Shown piece after piece: positions 28,026 through 39,059 of a stretch of 64,000 bases of DNA. The translations under genes were made by a program, and so were the position numbers. The notes beneath the pieces were generated by a model. That model was not told the DNA's origin. It did no database searches and saw only the letters and a list, made by a program, of their open reading frames with translations. Location: assembly GCF_000315625.1 (NCBI RefSeq), contig NW_005434644.1:378973-442972 (forward strand), written 5' to 3'. Numbering within the stretch: the first letter of the stretch is position 1; each line of letters starts with the position of its first letter. This DNA comes from Guillardia theta CCMP2712. Its lineage: Eukaryota; Protista; Cryptophyta.

Positions 28026-28721
28026 CTACAAGCCTGTATACAAGCTCCCAGCGCTCGCCTCCTTCGTCCCGTCTCCCTGCTTCCCTTCCGGCCTCGCCCT
28101 CCCTCGTCCTCGCGGCCCTGGCCTTCCCTTCGCCCCTGCCTTCTTCTTCTCCGCAAAGCGCACCATCACCCGATGCGCGTTCTCTGGTCGTAGCAGCTTG
28201 CTGATCGCCGCCCGGCTCTTCCCGTACGTCTCCGCGATGGTCATCTGCTTCATGGGGCTCTCCTCCTGTCCGGCCCTGTAGTAGAGCTGGATGATCTCGG
28301 CCTTCTCCTGGAGCGTGAGGCGCTTCTTGCCGATGCATGCTTGCCGGTGCGCCGTGCGCTCGACGTCACCCCACGCTCGCTTGGTGTTCTTGGGGTCATC
28401 GGGAGAGGAGCAAGCAGGACCTGGGAGTCGCTGGTCGGCTTCTTGAAGGGAGGGCTCCTCCGTGTTTGAGGGCTGGGAAGGAGGGTCTTGCTTGCTGAGG
28501 AGGCAGAGGAGGCAGAGGTCCTCGCTGGACTCAGCACGGTCCTCGTGCCATATGGCCCCTCCACACTCCAGGCAGGCGGGGGAGGAGAGGGGCTCATTGA
28601 GGAAGCTGTTGTGTAGAGGAGGGGGATGAAAGGGGTCATCTTGACATGGAGGGAGGCAGGAGGAGGGGTCGAGGAGAGCGAGGAAGTCAGGGGCGGAGGC
28701 GTGGAAGGGAGCGAGCAGCAT
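28026..28721 (-). CDS. HTH-core family copy 5
   Basis: Head nearly identical to copy 3 (MLLAPFHASAPDF). Identical core. ATG at 28721. Confidence 0.85.
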   Translation of the reverse strand: MLLAPFHASAPDFLALLDPSSCLPPCQDDPFHPPPLHNSFLNEPLSSPACLECGGAIWHEDRAESSEDLCLLCLLSKQDPPSQPSNTEEPSLQEADQRLPGPACSSPDDPKNTKRAWGDVERTAHRQACIGKKRLTLQEKAEIIQLYYRAGQEESPMKQMTIAETYGKSRAAISKLLRPENAHRVMVRFAEKKKAGAKGRPGPRGRGRARPEGKQGDGTKEASAGSLYTGL

Positions 28722-29134
28722 TGGAGCTGAGGTGTCGAGCCGCAGGCGAGCTGAGGTCAAATCTTTCTTTTAAAAAAAACAGCGAGAGCATCCATCTTGT
28801 ATTTTTGTGTTTTAGCCGATTGTTTGTACGTAGAGGCACGAACCGTTGCGATCTCGAGTCTTCTGAGTAGTAAAGCCGTACAGGCCGCGACCCTTGGAAT
28901 CATATTGCACACGGCAACTACCGTCTAAACTGTGTAGTACAGAGTTTGTAGCCGCGAAATACTAAAAGTTTTAAGTTTATTAGTTTATAGGAGTGTAGCC
29001 GCGTACGTAACCGCGAAAACACGGAACGACATTTCGAACCGTTGAAATATTATTGAAATATTATACTTTTAAATCAATTTAAAATATAGTATAACGTATC
29101 GATTACTTTTCATTGCTTCATGTAGCCGCGTCAT

Positions 29135-29750
29135 GAGCGGCTAGAGTCGGCCCTGAGTCGCAGTGCTCAATCTCTCAGATGCCATGATGCCGGGCTGCCA
29201 GGCTGCCGGGTACGTTCGGAACTTGAACTTCACTGAGAGGCTCGGCGAGCACTGCGGCTCGGCGACTCAGTACTGTGACGCAATCGGCAGCGGCGGGTCA
29301 AGCCTCCTCTACTGACTCTCCTGATTGTCTTCCGGCGTACCGTACTGCCAGGGCCACTATTTTTAACTTCAAGTAACTTTTGACGGTAAACAATGCAACT
29401 TGAGTCAGTGAGCGCCATCACCGTACGGTTCACTTTCCGAGAAGTTCCTCATGCGCCGATGAGTAACTCGCACTGAGCGATCGGACCGTCACTGGGATCC
29501 GGCGGGCAGCGCGGCCGGCCGCTGACCCGGAGGCGGCGTCGGACACCCGAGCCGGCAGCCACGCGGCCCAACGGGGCGGCCACCGCGGTGCGGCACCGCG
29601 GCACTGTGAGGGTGACCGTACTCAGGCCCACAGCCCAGGCCGCGCCGGTCGGAGCCCAAGTTCTCCGGGCGGTGAGCCTCAGCCGGCGGAGCGGAGTCAG
29701 TCGTCGGACCGCACGAGACTCCGACGGTCACCAGTGAGCGGCACTTGAAT
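29135..29750. other. GC-rich palindromic-word island
   Basis: Same vocabulary as the other islands. Bounds the HTH block on the right. Confidence 0.7.
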
Positions 29751-30231
29751 GGGAAAGAGAAACAGCCACGGGGAAATCATTCGGAGGAGCCTGAAGTCTG
29801 AGCCAGTTCGGAAAGGGAGGGATGAAGGGAGGAAGGGAACTTGGAACGACTCGGAGAGGGATTCAACTTCAGACTAAATCAGAGGGATTGGGCGACGGAC
29901 GGGATGAGAGGAAAGAGAGAGAGACTGTGGTCACGGTACACCGGACCCAAGTGTTCTAGTAAGCGCAGTAGTGATTGCTCTGGTGATCTCTCTCATTCCT
30001 GAAGGTTGTGTGTACGGTACAACCTCTGGTAGCAAGTTGGTTCAGTTTCAATGGCCTCGAAAAGAATTTATGGAAACAAATCGACATGTCCGGCAAGAAA
30101 GGATTTCCGCCCGCAGGAAATCGTGACGGTCGCGCTCAAACTCGGTAGAGAAGTTGTGTGTACAACAGAGACAGAGGCAGAGGAAGACAAAGAGAAAGAC
30201 ACGGGGACAGAGACAGAGAGGAAAAGAGAGA

Positions 30232-30236
30232 TAGAC

Positions 30237-30331
<95 letters not shown>
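30232..30331. repeat. (GACA)n microsatellite
   Basis: More than 20 tandem GACA units. Confidence 0.95.
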
Positions 30332-30333
<2 letters not shown>

Positions 30334-30939
30334 GCAAAGAAGAGAAAGTGGAGAGAGAGAGGATAGATCTAGGAGAGTTATGGAGGGGGGAGGTTGATCG
30401 AAAGCGGCAAGGAAGACAGAAGAGGAGGAGGTAGCCAAAAGCAGGAGAAAGAGGGAAAACGAGAGAAACAAAAGAGAAGAAAAATACAGAAAGGGCAGGG
30501 CTTGGAAGAAACGGCAAGACTTAGTAGTACTACAAGCACAGTATCAAACAAAAGTTGAGAGCAAGAAATCAAAAAAAAATTTATGAGAGAATGAAAGAAA
30601 GGATTGATAGGACCCAAAGATAAGAGCAGTCAAACTTCTCATCCAAGTGTACTGGAATATTCAAGCGATACCGATACCTGACGGCTATTCCATTGCCGTG
30701 AGAAAGCGTTTGACTACTGTTTCAATGCCTTGTCCCAAGAAACTCGTCTACTCCAAATCCCACAACAGTCAATGAAAGCATGAGAGTCAACCCTCTAACA
30801 CAACTTGCTGAAACTCTTCTCAGGCTTCTAGCCACTTCCTACTCCATCTGCCATCATCAACCTTCGCCCCCCAAACTAAAATACACTACTATCGCCCCCT
30901 ACTACCCGCCCTACCCTACCGCCCTAGAAACCCCCCTAG

Positions 30940-31760
30940 GGCCTTTTTGAAAGGCACCAGGGGTGCGACCAAACTCCATGTTGTGCTACTTGGATGTAGA
31001 CAGTGACGCGGTCATGCGAGAGAGGATGCAGAGAGGGATGCGAAGGACAGGATGCAAGCATCAAGGGAGAAGAGAAAGACTGCTGGCACGAAGAATTGCA
31101 AAGGGGAACAGAGGAGAACAGGAAAATGGGAGGACAGGGGAGAGAGAAGGGAGGAAGGGGTAGAGACTGGAGAGGTGGCGGAGGAAGGAGAGTAAGGAGA
31201 GAGGAGAAGGAGGAGAGGAAAGAGACCAAGTGATAAAGAAGAGGGAGAAGAACAGGAGGGAACGAGATGAAGGACAGCAAAAGGCGGAGACGAAGTAAGA
31301 GTAAGTGTTGGGAGGTAATAGAGGACAGAATTGAGGGAAGAGCCTAGGTTATCAGCGACGGAGAGAACAAGGAAGGAGATGGAAGTGAAGGACAGCAGGA
31401 GCAATAAAGTAAGAAGACGGGATGCAGGGACCCAACCCTCTGAGGTAGGCTGTAAACCGCGACTTCTGGAGGAGAGAGAAGCATATCTGTGGGAGCGCAT
31501 CGCATCAGATAAGTAGCTCAAACAAATCTCACTGCAAAGTAGGACGGCATGCCTCAATGAAGAGTGAACAGAGAGATATTGGCAATGGGATATGAACGAG
31601 GCCTACATGGCGGCGGGCAGAAAGGCCAAAGTTGGCAAACAAGCTGGTAGTGAGGCGGGTATTGGGGTGAAAGATGCGATGGATTCATGCATCAATGGTT
31701 GGACTCTTCAGTACGTGAGAGAGGATGAGCAGAGGACGAGTGAACTAAGTTGTTGTCAGG
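30940..31760 (-). mobile_element. Possible highly decayed non-LTR retrotransposon fragment
   Basis: Broken frames give NTRLT...HVG...RF(T)../PTSEG(G)LG...IAPAV, resembling the LPxxxGGLG...IAPAA region downstream of RT in CRE-like elements. Many disruptions. Confidence 0.25.
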
Positions 31761-32622
31761 AGAAAGAGAAGATGGATTGAGAAATTGAAAAGAAAGGAGG
31801 GTGGTGGGGAGTGCATGTTTGGTGTATGCTATGTTATATCAGACCCATCTGGATGGCTAAGAGAAGATTTTTTGGAAAAGACAATGACATGTCATCTAAC
31901 ATTGTCCTTGTTGAAACACCACCAGTGTCTTACATTCCTTCTACTAGCAGCACTCTTAGCGCGAAAGGAGCTTCATGCATCCTAGTTCGATGGCATCTTC
32001 TATAATTGGCAGCAAGCGAGCGAGTCTCAGATTTCTTCTCTCAACCGAAATGTGAGAACGAGAATCATCTCGAGCAACTTGAGAGATGCGACATACGATG
32101 CTGACACTTCAATTCTCTTGGTGATGTACCGATTTTGTACCAGCAATGAGCATGATATCAATCTGGCTCTTATAATTCTATACTTGATACTAGAAAATGA
32201 GTACGAAAATGTGTCCCTACCTTTTACAGGCTAGAAATGAGTACATGAATGTGATTTTTTCATATGATTGTGCATCTAGAATCACTCATTTTTCGTGACA
32301 TGGTGTAACTGAGAACATTATGTTTATTTGATCATGTAATGACTAACCACATCACAGTCTGGACAACAGTAAATCAACTGCACAAAGATTGAACACAGTG
32401 CCGAGTGATTTCGTGATCACAAGCCAGCACATGCAAAGTCGGTCAGAAGTATCTGCATGCTCGCCACACATGCGGCAACCCTTCTCATGACACGATCACA
32501 TGCAAACATAACCTATTTTTACTATTTTCTTGGCCAATTTGCGAACAAGACGGGATCACAATTCAAGGAGAAGTGAAGATGCAACTTTGAAATTAAAGAA
32601 TAATTTATTAAACACCCAACAT

Positions 32623-32793
32623 TTACTCGTAGAGGGACTTGGTGTAGGTGGCGGTGGCAGCAACGTAGGCGTCACGGGCAGCCTTGTAGGGGCCGGTGGC
32701 GAGCTTGAGCTCGTTGGCAGCCTTCAAGTAGGCATCGCGGGTGGCGCGGTAGGTGGTGGCGTAATCCTCGAGGTCAAAGAGAAGGGCGAACAT
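32623..32793 (-). CDS. 56-aa ejectisin / Tri-like ejectisome ribbon protein (below the ORF-track cutoff)
   Basis: MFALLFDLEDYATTYRATRDAYLKAANELKLATGPYKAARDAYVAATATYTKSLYE*. Strong bias to C-ending codons, TATAAAA upstream and AATAAA just after the stop. Size and composition fit the cryptophyte ~6-kDa Tri/ejectisin family as I recall it. Confidence 0.8.
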   Translation of the reverse strand: MFALLFDLEDYATTYRATRDAYLKAANELKLATGPYKAARDAYVAATATYTKSLYE

Positions 32794-32825
32794 TGCTGTC
32801 TTGCTCTCCGCGCCGCGGCCCCTGC

Positions 32826-32832
32826 TTTTATA
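32826..32832 (-). promoter_or_regulatory. TATA box of the ejectisin-like gene
   Basis: GGGTATAAAAGC on the minus strand, about 33 nt upstream of the ATG, in GC-rich context. Confidence 0.75.
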
Positions 32833-33269
32833 CCCGCCTTTGGGGGAGTTGTTCTATTTCCGGGAAATGTCTGGGTACCCCCGCCACTCCCCTCCATGGG
32901 ACGCTCCTACCAACAAGTGCATTTAGAGCTACGACTCCACTTATAAATTAGCAGACCTTGGCTGTATCACACTCCGCCCTCGATATAGAGTACCTTACCC
33001 CTGGGTGAACCCACCCTACCACTATTGCCTTTTGAACCCAGACGGCTCTTCGGTGTGTGACCCCTCGCAGCATATTATACCACCGGGTGCTTCTAGTCCA
33101 AATATGTCCTGTTGGCCCCTTGGCTCTCGGGTGGGTAGTCGAAGAACAGTGTACATTCAGGTACAAAATTCCGTACCAAGTCGAAGCAGTTTTGTACGAA
33201 ACTCTTTGCTTTGTATATGAATCTATATCGAAAAATCCATCAGTAGGTACTAATATATTTTACTTTTAT

Positions 33270-33733
33270 GTAACCGTACCAGTCCGCGCTTGAGTAAAAC
33301 TCACTGGTGCGGGCCGGGGCCAGCGGATCCGCCGGGCCGCAACTCAGTTAGTTAGTATCGGACTCCGCGCCCGGCTGACAGTCCTGTACTCAAAGTTAAC
33401 GGTTAAAAATACTACGCTTAACTTTGAAAGCTGTACTACGGTATTGAGTCGCCGCCGGATCCCGATCCTGACTGCGCCGGGCCGGTCAGGGACTCTCCCC
33501 TGGCCGGGCAGGACCGCCGGACTCGGTCGCCGGGCCCTGGGGGGACCGCCGCCGGGGCCGGGCCGCGCGGCGCCGCCCCGGCGCCAGCCGAACCGTGGCC
33601 GGGTTCCGATAACCGTTCAACCGTTGAACGGTTGAACCGTCGGACCGTCGGACTCCGGTGACGCACCGGGCCGGGCGGTGAGCGGCCGATTGAGCCTCCG
33701 GGAGTGCCCTCCGCCGAGTCGAGGACCCGGTCG
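33270..33733. other. GC-rich palindromic-word island, left part (continues at 36367-36705)
   Basis: Same vocabulary as the other islands, with hairpin CCGTTCAAC-C-GTTGAACGG. Ends abruptly at the TIR. Confidence 0.7.
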
Positions 33734-36366
33734 GACCGTCATTCCATGGTATTTTCTAATGCTCGCTTTTGATCATTTTCGAGCGGGGTACCTCAGCCCA
33801 GGATTTTTGAATACGGTCGGCGCACTGAAAATTTGTACCAGAAACTTCGATAATGGTTGAAAGTATGTTTGAATCGGGGACCGTGTCGAGCAGTTTTAGG
33901 TTTACAAGTATTCTTGCTTCCTCCAAACAACAAGGTTTCAAACATTAAAACTATTTTTGACCTTACACGCTTTTACACGCCTGGGGGGTGCATATACAAC
34001 CAAATCCCCTGCCCTACCCTTCCCCCATTGCTGCATCCGCACCCGCCGGTGCAGGCGGCGTTTGTTTGAATCCAAGATGGCTCTCAGCCAATGGCTCTTT
34101 CATCGTATTCAAGCTCCAGGCCATCCAAGGTTGGATCATGTGTGAATGTTTGTACTTTTTGCGGCATACTGCAAGACGACATTTCAAACAGCTCGAGCTT
34201 GTTTTTCAAAGGAAGCTGTAGGAATCAGCATCGCCATGGATTCCAGGGCCTAGGGCTGTTTTCGAATCCTTTTGATGCTCATTGCAAGATGGAGAATTGC
34301 TCGTTTTTGGTGATCAAGCATCCACAACCCTCTTTCGTATGATTGAGCTTCGAGCACATCTCTGACTGTAGAGTTGTTTGGTGTCAAGATTGTTTCTCGT
34401 AAAGGATCTCTCTGATTAGGCAATTAATTGTTGTTTTGGTTGGCATTCTACAAGACCCATCCTTCCTCCTCTCTGTGTCAACCAAGCACATAAGCATAAG
34501 GCATGTCAGTCGTGTAGGCAACTTGATTGCAAATAGATCGCAAGTGTAAGATCGATGAACTATTCAACGCCATGAATGCCGGATGTGAATGAACTTCCCT
34601 AAGGACTTCTCAGTATCAGAACCAGCGAGCTAAGACATAAGGTAGAGTCTCCATTGAATATCATTCCTGCGAATGTAATGTTTTTATCAGTTGTGGGGAA
34701 GAGAAGCATGGAGACAAGCGGGTGCCCAAGCGAATAGGAGCATCTTGCGGATGTAGGTTTGGACAAAGACGGCGATGATTCCGAGGTTGTGAAACAGGCA
34801 GCGAAAAGATGCTGAGGTTTTCGGAGTTCATAAACATGGCTTGTGACGAGCATGTCACACGTAAAGCGATGGAAAACAACAAACAAAAATTGTAAAGCAA
34901 TCGAAAGCAACGAAAATCAATGGAAAACAACAAACAAAAATTCTTCTCAAAAGTCTCACTCCTTGACTTCAACCACTGATTGAACATCTTTTTGACCTCG
35001 GTCATATCTCGACAAATCCGATTGTACTCCGCCGCTGAACAGAAAGTTGTTTGCGCCATCTTTTCAACGAGTGGTGCCGGGTTTGCAATCGAGAAGTGAG
35101 AGATTTCACAGGGTTTATTATTTTCGATGTCGTCTTCATGAAAAAATATATACCCATGCACTCTGAAATTATCGTGGAGATCATCGTTGGCATGCTCCAA
35201 CATGCAAGGAAAGCTGAAGAAAAACATTTTTGGTATAGCATTTATTTCATCCGTATCCTTGTAAATTGATTGATAACAATCACGGTTTCCAACTTTGTTC
35301 AAAATTCTTTTCAGGGCCACACAGGGCACTCGATTAGTTATAATGGTTTCGTCTACATGTTCCAAGAGGACTCGATTGTACATGATGTACACTTCGACAA
35401 CCTGTGCATTTGAGTGCAGCGATTTGATCATGCCCAGTCGATTCACTTCAACGCCCCTGTGATCTTCACACTGATATTGAACCCCTGTGCCAGGCTCAAG
35501 TATGATATTCAAATTACTGCCTGGCTTTTTCCAGTACATCCTGGGCAAGTCTCGATCATCAACTGACGTATGCAGGATCATTCGAGCTTCAAATCTTCAG
35601 GTATCTTTGACTCATCACAAGTCTCGTCCTGCTCCAAGAATGTATCGAAATTTTCCTGCCTTCGCCTTCTCTGAATTCCATTTGTTGCTGATACACGACG
35701 GTGAAGATTCATTTGTTTGGTGTCTATAACTGGAGCGCAAGGGAAAGGGAAGCAACGGGGAGGGAGGGGAGCAGGAGGGAGGGAGGGAGCAGGGAGGAAG
35801 GGAGGGGAGCGGGGGGGGGAGGGAGGGAGGGAGAAGAGCACGGAAGGAGGAGGGGAGGGATACTTGCAATGGAGATCTCAGGATTTTTAATGAAAATTAT
35901 TTGCTGTTTGATCGGGGGCAAGGGGACCTGTGTTTCGGTGGCACCCTATAGACATAGGGTAGGTATCCATATAAAACAACCGGTGTAGAAAAAAAAGATT
36001 GCCGTTGCTAGCTGGCATACGACTCCTTGATTTGAAAACAAAAATACTTATTGGCTAGATTTACTACACTCGTCAATGGCTGACACTAATAAGATTTCAT
36101 GAGCGTGTATCGAAATATACGAATAACCCTACCCCAACAATGTCAGACAAACATACCGGTACACAGGGCAGAGAGCAGCCAAGAGGCGTGTAAGCCGGAA
36201 CTCAAATGCTTAAAACGAATATAAAAGAGTACTGAGTGGTACAAATCATTCTGGTACAAAATTGACTAAAAACTGTATGCTTATGATCAAATTAACAGGT
36301 ACAAGTGTTTGTTAAAAGGATATAAGTTTATAATTGGGCATTAGAAAATACCATGGAATGACGGTC
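33734..36366. mobile_element. 2.6-kb TIR DNA element of unassigned superfamily
   Basis: Perfect 29-bp inverted repeats GACCGTCATTCCATGGTATTTTCTAATGC (33734-33762 and 36338-36366). Subterminal inverted TTTGTACCAGAA and TTTGATCAT motifs. AT-rich interior within a GC island. Confidence 0.85.
34030..35711 (-). pseudogene. Frameshifted ORF of unknown function inside the TIR element
   Basis: MNLHRR...EDLKLE joins the 306-aa ORF 34661-35581 by a 1-nt shift (GAATG). There is a 51-bp-period internal duplication (NFCLLFSI twice), and broken frames continue downstream. Confidence 0.55.
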
Positions 36367-36705
36367 TGCGGCCGGCCCCCGTGGGCCGCGGCCGCGCGGG
36401 CCCCGGGCCCGGGCCCGGACCGCCGGCCGCCGCGGGTCCTCAGCGGCCGGACTCTAGCCGCCGCTCCGAGTCGGAGGCTCCGGCCCGTCCCGAGTCTGAT
36501 CCGATGATCACGAGTCACGCGCCGCCCGAGCGGCCCGGCCCGGCGTCGCGGCCGGGGTGAGCCTCGTCAGAGGCTGAGCCCGGCGCCCCGGCGGGCCTGG
36601 CGCCGGGCCGGGCGGCCGCCCGCCGGTGCAGTGCCCGGCAGGCTGTGACTCGGTGACTTGCCGGGTGACCGGGCCGCAGTAGTGTGAGTGACCCTCCGTC
36701 ACATC
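36367..36705. other. GC-rich palindromic-word island, right part
   Basis: Starts immediately after the right TIR. Confidence 0.7.
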
Positions 36706-37545
36706 AGCGGTAAAAAAGAGTTTAGGTATTTTTGTGACAAGAATAAACTATCAAAGTTTGTAGAGTTTGCCAGTTGAACTTCGCAAACTTCTCGACCACC
36801 AACTCGAGAGACCACTCTCAGATAGAGAGGAGGGGTACTAGGCGTCTTTCACTTATTCACTCAGAACTTGATTCCTCCACCTTGGGTACCCTTCATTTAT
36901 ATGGAGGTTCCAAACTAATGGACCCCAATCATCCTGTAAGAACCACACCACCCTGACTTCACCACCCCTACCCCTGATTGGAGGCGAAGAGCACCCCACC
37001 ATGACTACCCTTCCTTCGCTTCCATGGCATGACTTACACGATCAATCTCCGTCAAGATGCTTCCTGTCACCTCCCATCAACTTCCATCTCCTCCCTCCCT
37101 CCTCCCTTCGCTTCATCAGTCTTCCCCCTCTCTTTCCTTGGTTGCCCTACCTCCCTCCCTCCATCGTACCTCCACTTCCTCTTTTTTCATCTTATCCGCC
37201 TCCGATGACCTTTCCTTTTCGCTGTATCGCTCCCTGCATCTATCTATCTCTCAACCCTCTCCTCGTCACCTCGATGATTCTTTCCTCGTCCCTCCCCTTC
37301 ACGGTTCTTGCGCCTTCGACACCCAACATCTCTTTTCAAAGGACGTGAGCCTCCCCTATTCCCGGTTGATGACGAAACCTAGATCACTTGGGCTGTCTCT
37401 TGCAGTTTCTCATGTCAAGTGGCATTTCGTAAGATTGGCATGCTAGTACGCTGCTGCGTGTCTTTCACGATCTGAGTGTCGTCCATGAGCTCATCTGATG
37501 TGTTGCTCGGTCTCATTCTGTTCGTCCAGGTTTCGCTTTACAGCC

Positions 37546-39003
37546 ATGATCTCAAGGGTTTTCATCCTGTCAACTCTTCTATCCTCTGCCTCAGCATATT
37601 CCTTGGCCCCAGTGCTTCAGGGCTTGAAGGCTCCCTCCTCTGCTCCCTTGTGCCACAAGTTCTCTGCTCGGCCAGGAGTGCGGAGAGGCCTTACGCCGGT
37701 CAGGGCTGGTGACCAACCCATCCCGGAGGGTTTCCGAGAGTTCCAGGCGAGGGAGAAAAGCCTGGATGAATGGTTTGCAAAGCTTGCTGATAGCCGCTCC
37801 TCCATCCGTCAGATGGCCAGCATCAAGATCGCTGAGATGCACGACAAGGAAGGGGAGGTATGTTCTGTAGCTCCTGCTGCAACCCCTGTGCTGACACCTT
37901 GCAGGAGCAGGAGAAGGCTGTGATTCAACGGCTGTTCAGTTACCTCACCTTGGAGGACGTCCATGAGAGGAGAGCAGCGGTGCAGGCGCTGGGAATGATC
38001 GGACAGAAGGTCCTGCCGCCGCTGGTTGACATGCTCCTTGCGACTGAGGACCGCGTTGTGCGGGCGTCCTGCTCCAAGGCCATCGGAGCAGTTGCTCTGA
38101 AGAACCCCGAGCTCCTCCCGGAGTTTCCGCAGCTCGCGCTTGATGGGATGAAGAAGGCGATTCTTGACATCCCTGACCCTGTGACCAAGATCGCCACCAT
38201 CAGCTCCCTCGGACAGATCGGAGGAGGGGATGTTGCTCATGGCTACCCGGGATGCGAGAGGGTGAGAGATTCCGATCTTTCAGTCCTACTTCCCTCTCCT
38301 CTCTCGTCCTCCTAGCTCCCTCCGTCCATCTCTTCCTCCCTCCCCGCTTCCCTCCGTCCGTCCGTCCGTCCATCCCTTCCCCACTCTCCCTCGATTCCTT
38401 TCTTCACCCTCCCTCCCCCGGGCTCCTCCCTCTCTCTCTTGCTCACTTTCGCTCTTTTTCTGCACAGGCTCTGGATGTTCTCATTGAGGCCCTGGAGGTG
38501 AGTGACGACATGGGACTGGCTGCTGCTGCTGTCAACGCGGTCGCGACCATCGGCAAGACCAACGAGCCGTTCCGAGCCAAGGTGAGAGAGAAGCAGCGAG
38601 ATGATGAAGTCTTGAGAGGAGGAGGAGGAAGAATCTGCAGCAGCTGACGCTGAGCAGGCGCTCGCGAGCTTGGAGAAGCTCAAGGAGCGAGCAAAGGACA
38701 TCGACGGCTTCATGTTCGTGGAGCAGATGATCGAAGGGCAGATCGAGCAGCTCAACGGTGGAGGAATTGTTGGAGAGATCAACAAGAGCCGGTCGACTGG
38801 CCAGTCATCGGCCCAAGAAAATCTTGCCAAACAGGTAGAGAGGAGAGAGAGAGAGGAGGGGGAGGGGGGGGGATAGTGGAAGAGGAGGGATCGTACGAGG
38901 ACAAGGATGCTGATGGCAAGTGCAGGTGGCAGCTGCGAGGAGCTCGGGGATGATAGTAGATGCCTCGGCACCACCTGACGAGGACTGGATGTCTGCCATG
39001 TAA
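37546..39003 (+). CDS. cpeZ: Plastid-targeted CpeZ-like HEAT-repeat phycobiliprotein lyase/chaperone, 5 exons
   Basis: Bipartite presequence MISRVFILSTLLSSASA-Y. EDVHERRAAVQALGMIGQKVLPPLVDMLL..EDRVVRASCSKA...PDPVTKIATISSLGQIG matches the CpeZ pattern. Exons 37546-37857, 37905-38261, 38468-38581, 38658-38834 and 38926-39003. Confidence 0.8.
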
Positions 39004-39059
39004 TAAAAACTCTTGTCACGGGCCCCGATGGAGGTGGGAGATGATACGGCGGCTGTCGC

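Noticed and set aside
18508-28721. HTH copies as intact pogo/Tigger transposons
   Set aside because: There is no DDE domain, and I found no TIR with a TA target duplication around the copies.
32530-32946. 138-aa plus-strand ORF
   Set aside because: It is the antisense shadow of the codon-biased ejectisin-like gene.
33726-36374. 8-bp TSD for the TIR element (CCCGGTCG vs TGCGGCCG)
   Set aside because: Only 5 of 8 positions match, in very GC-rich flanks.
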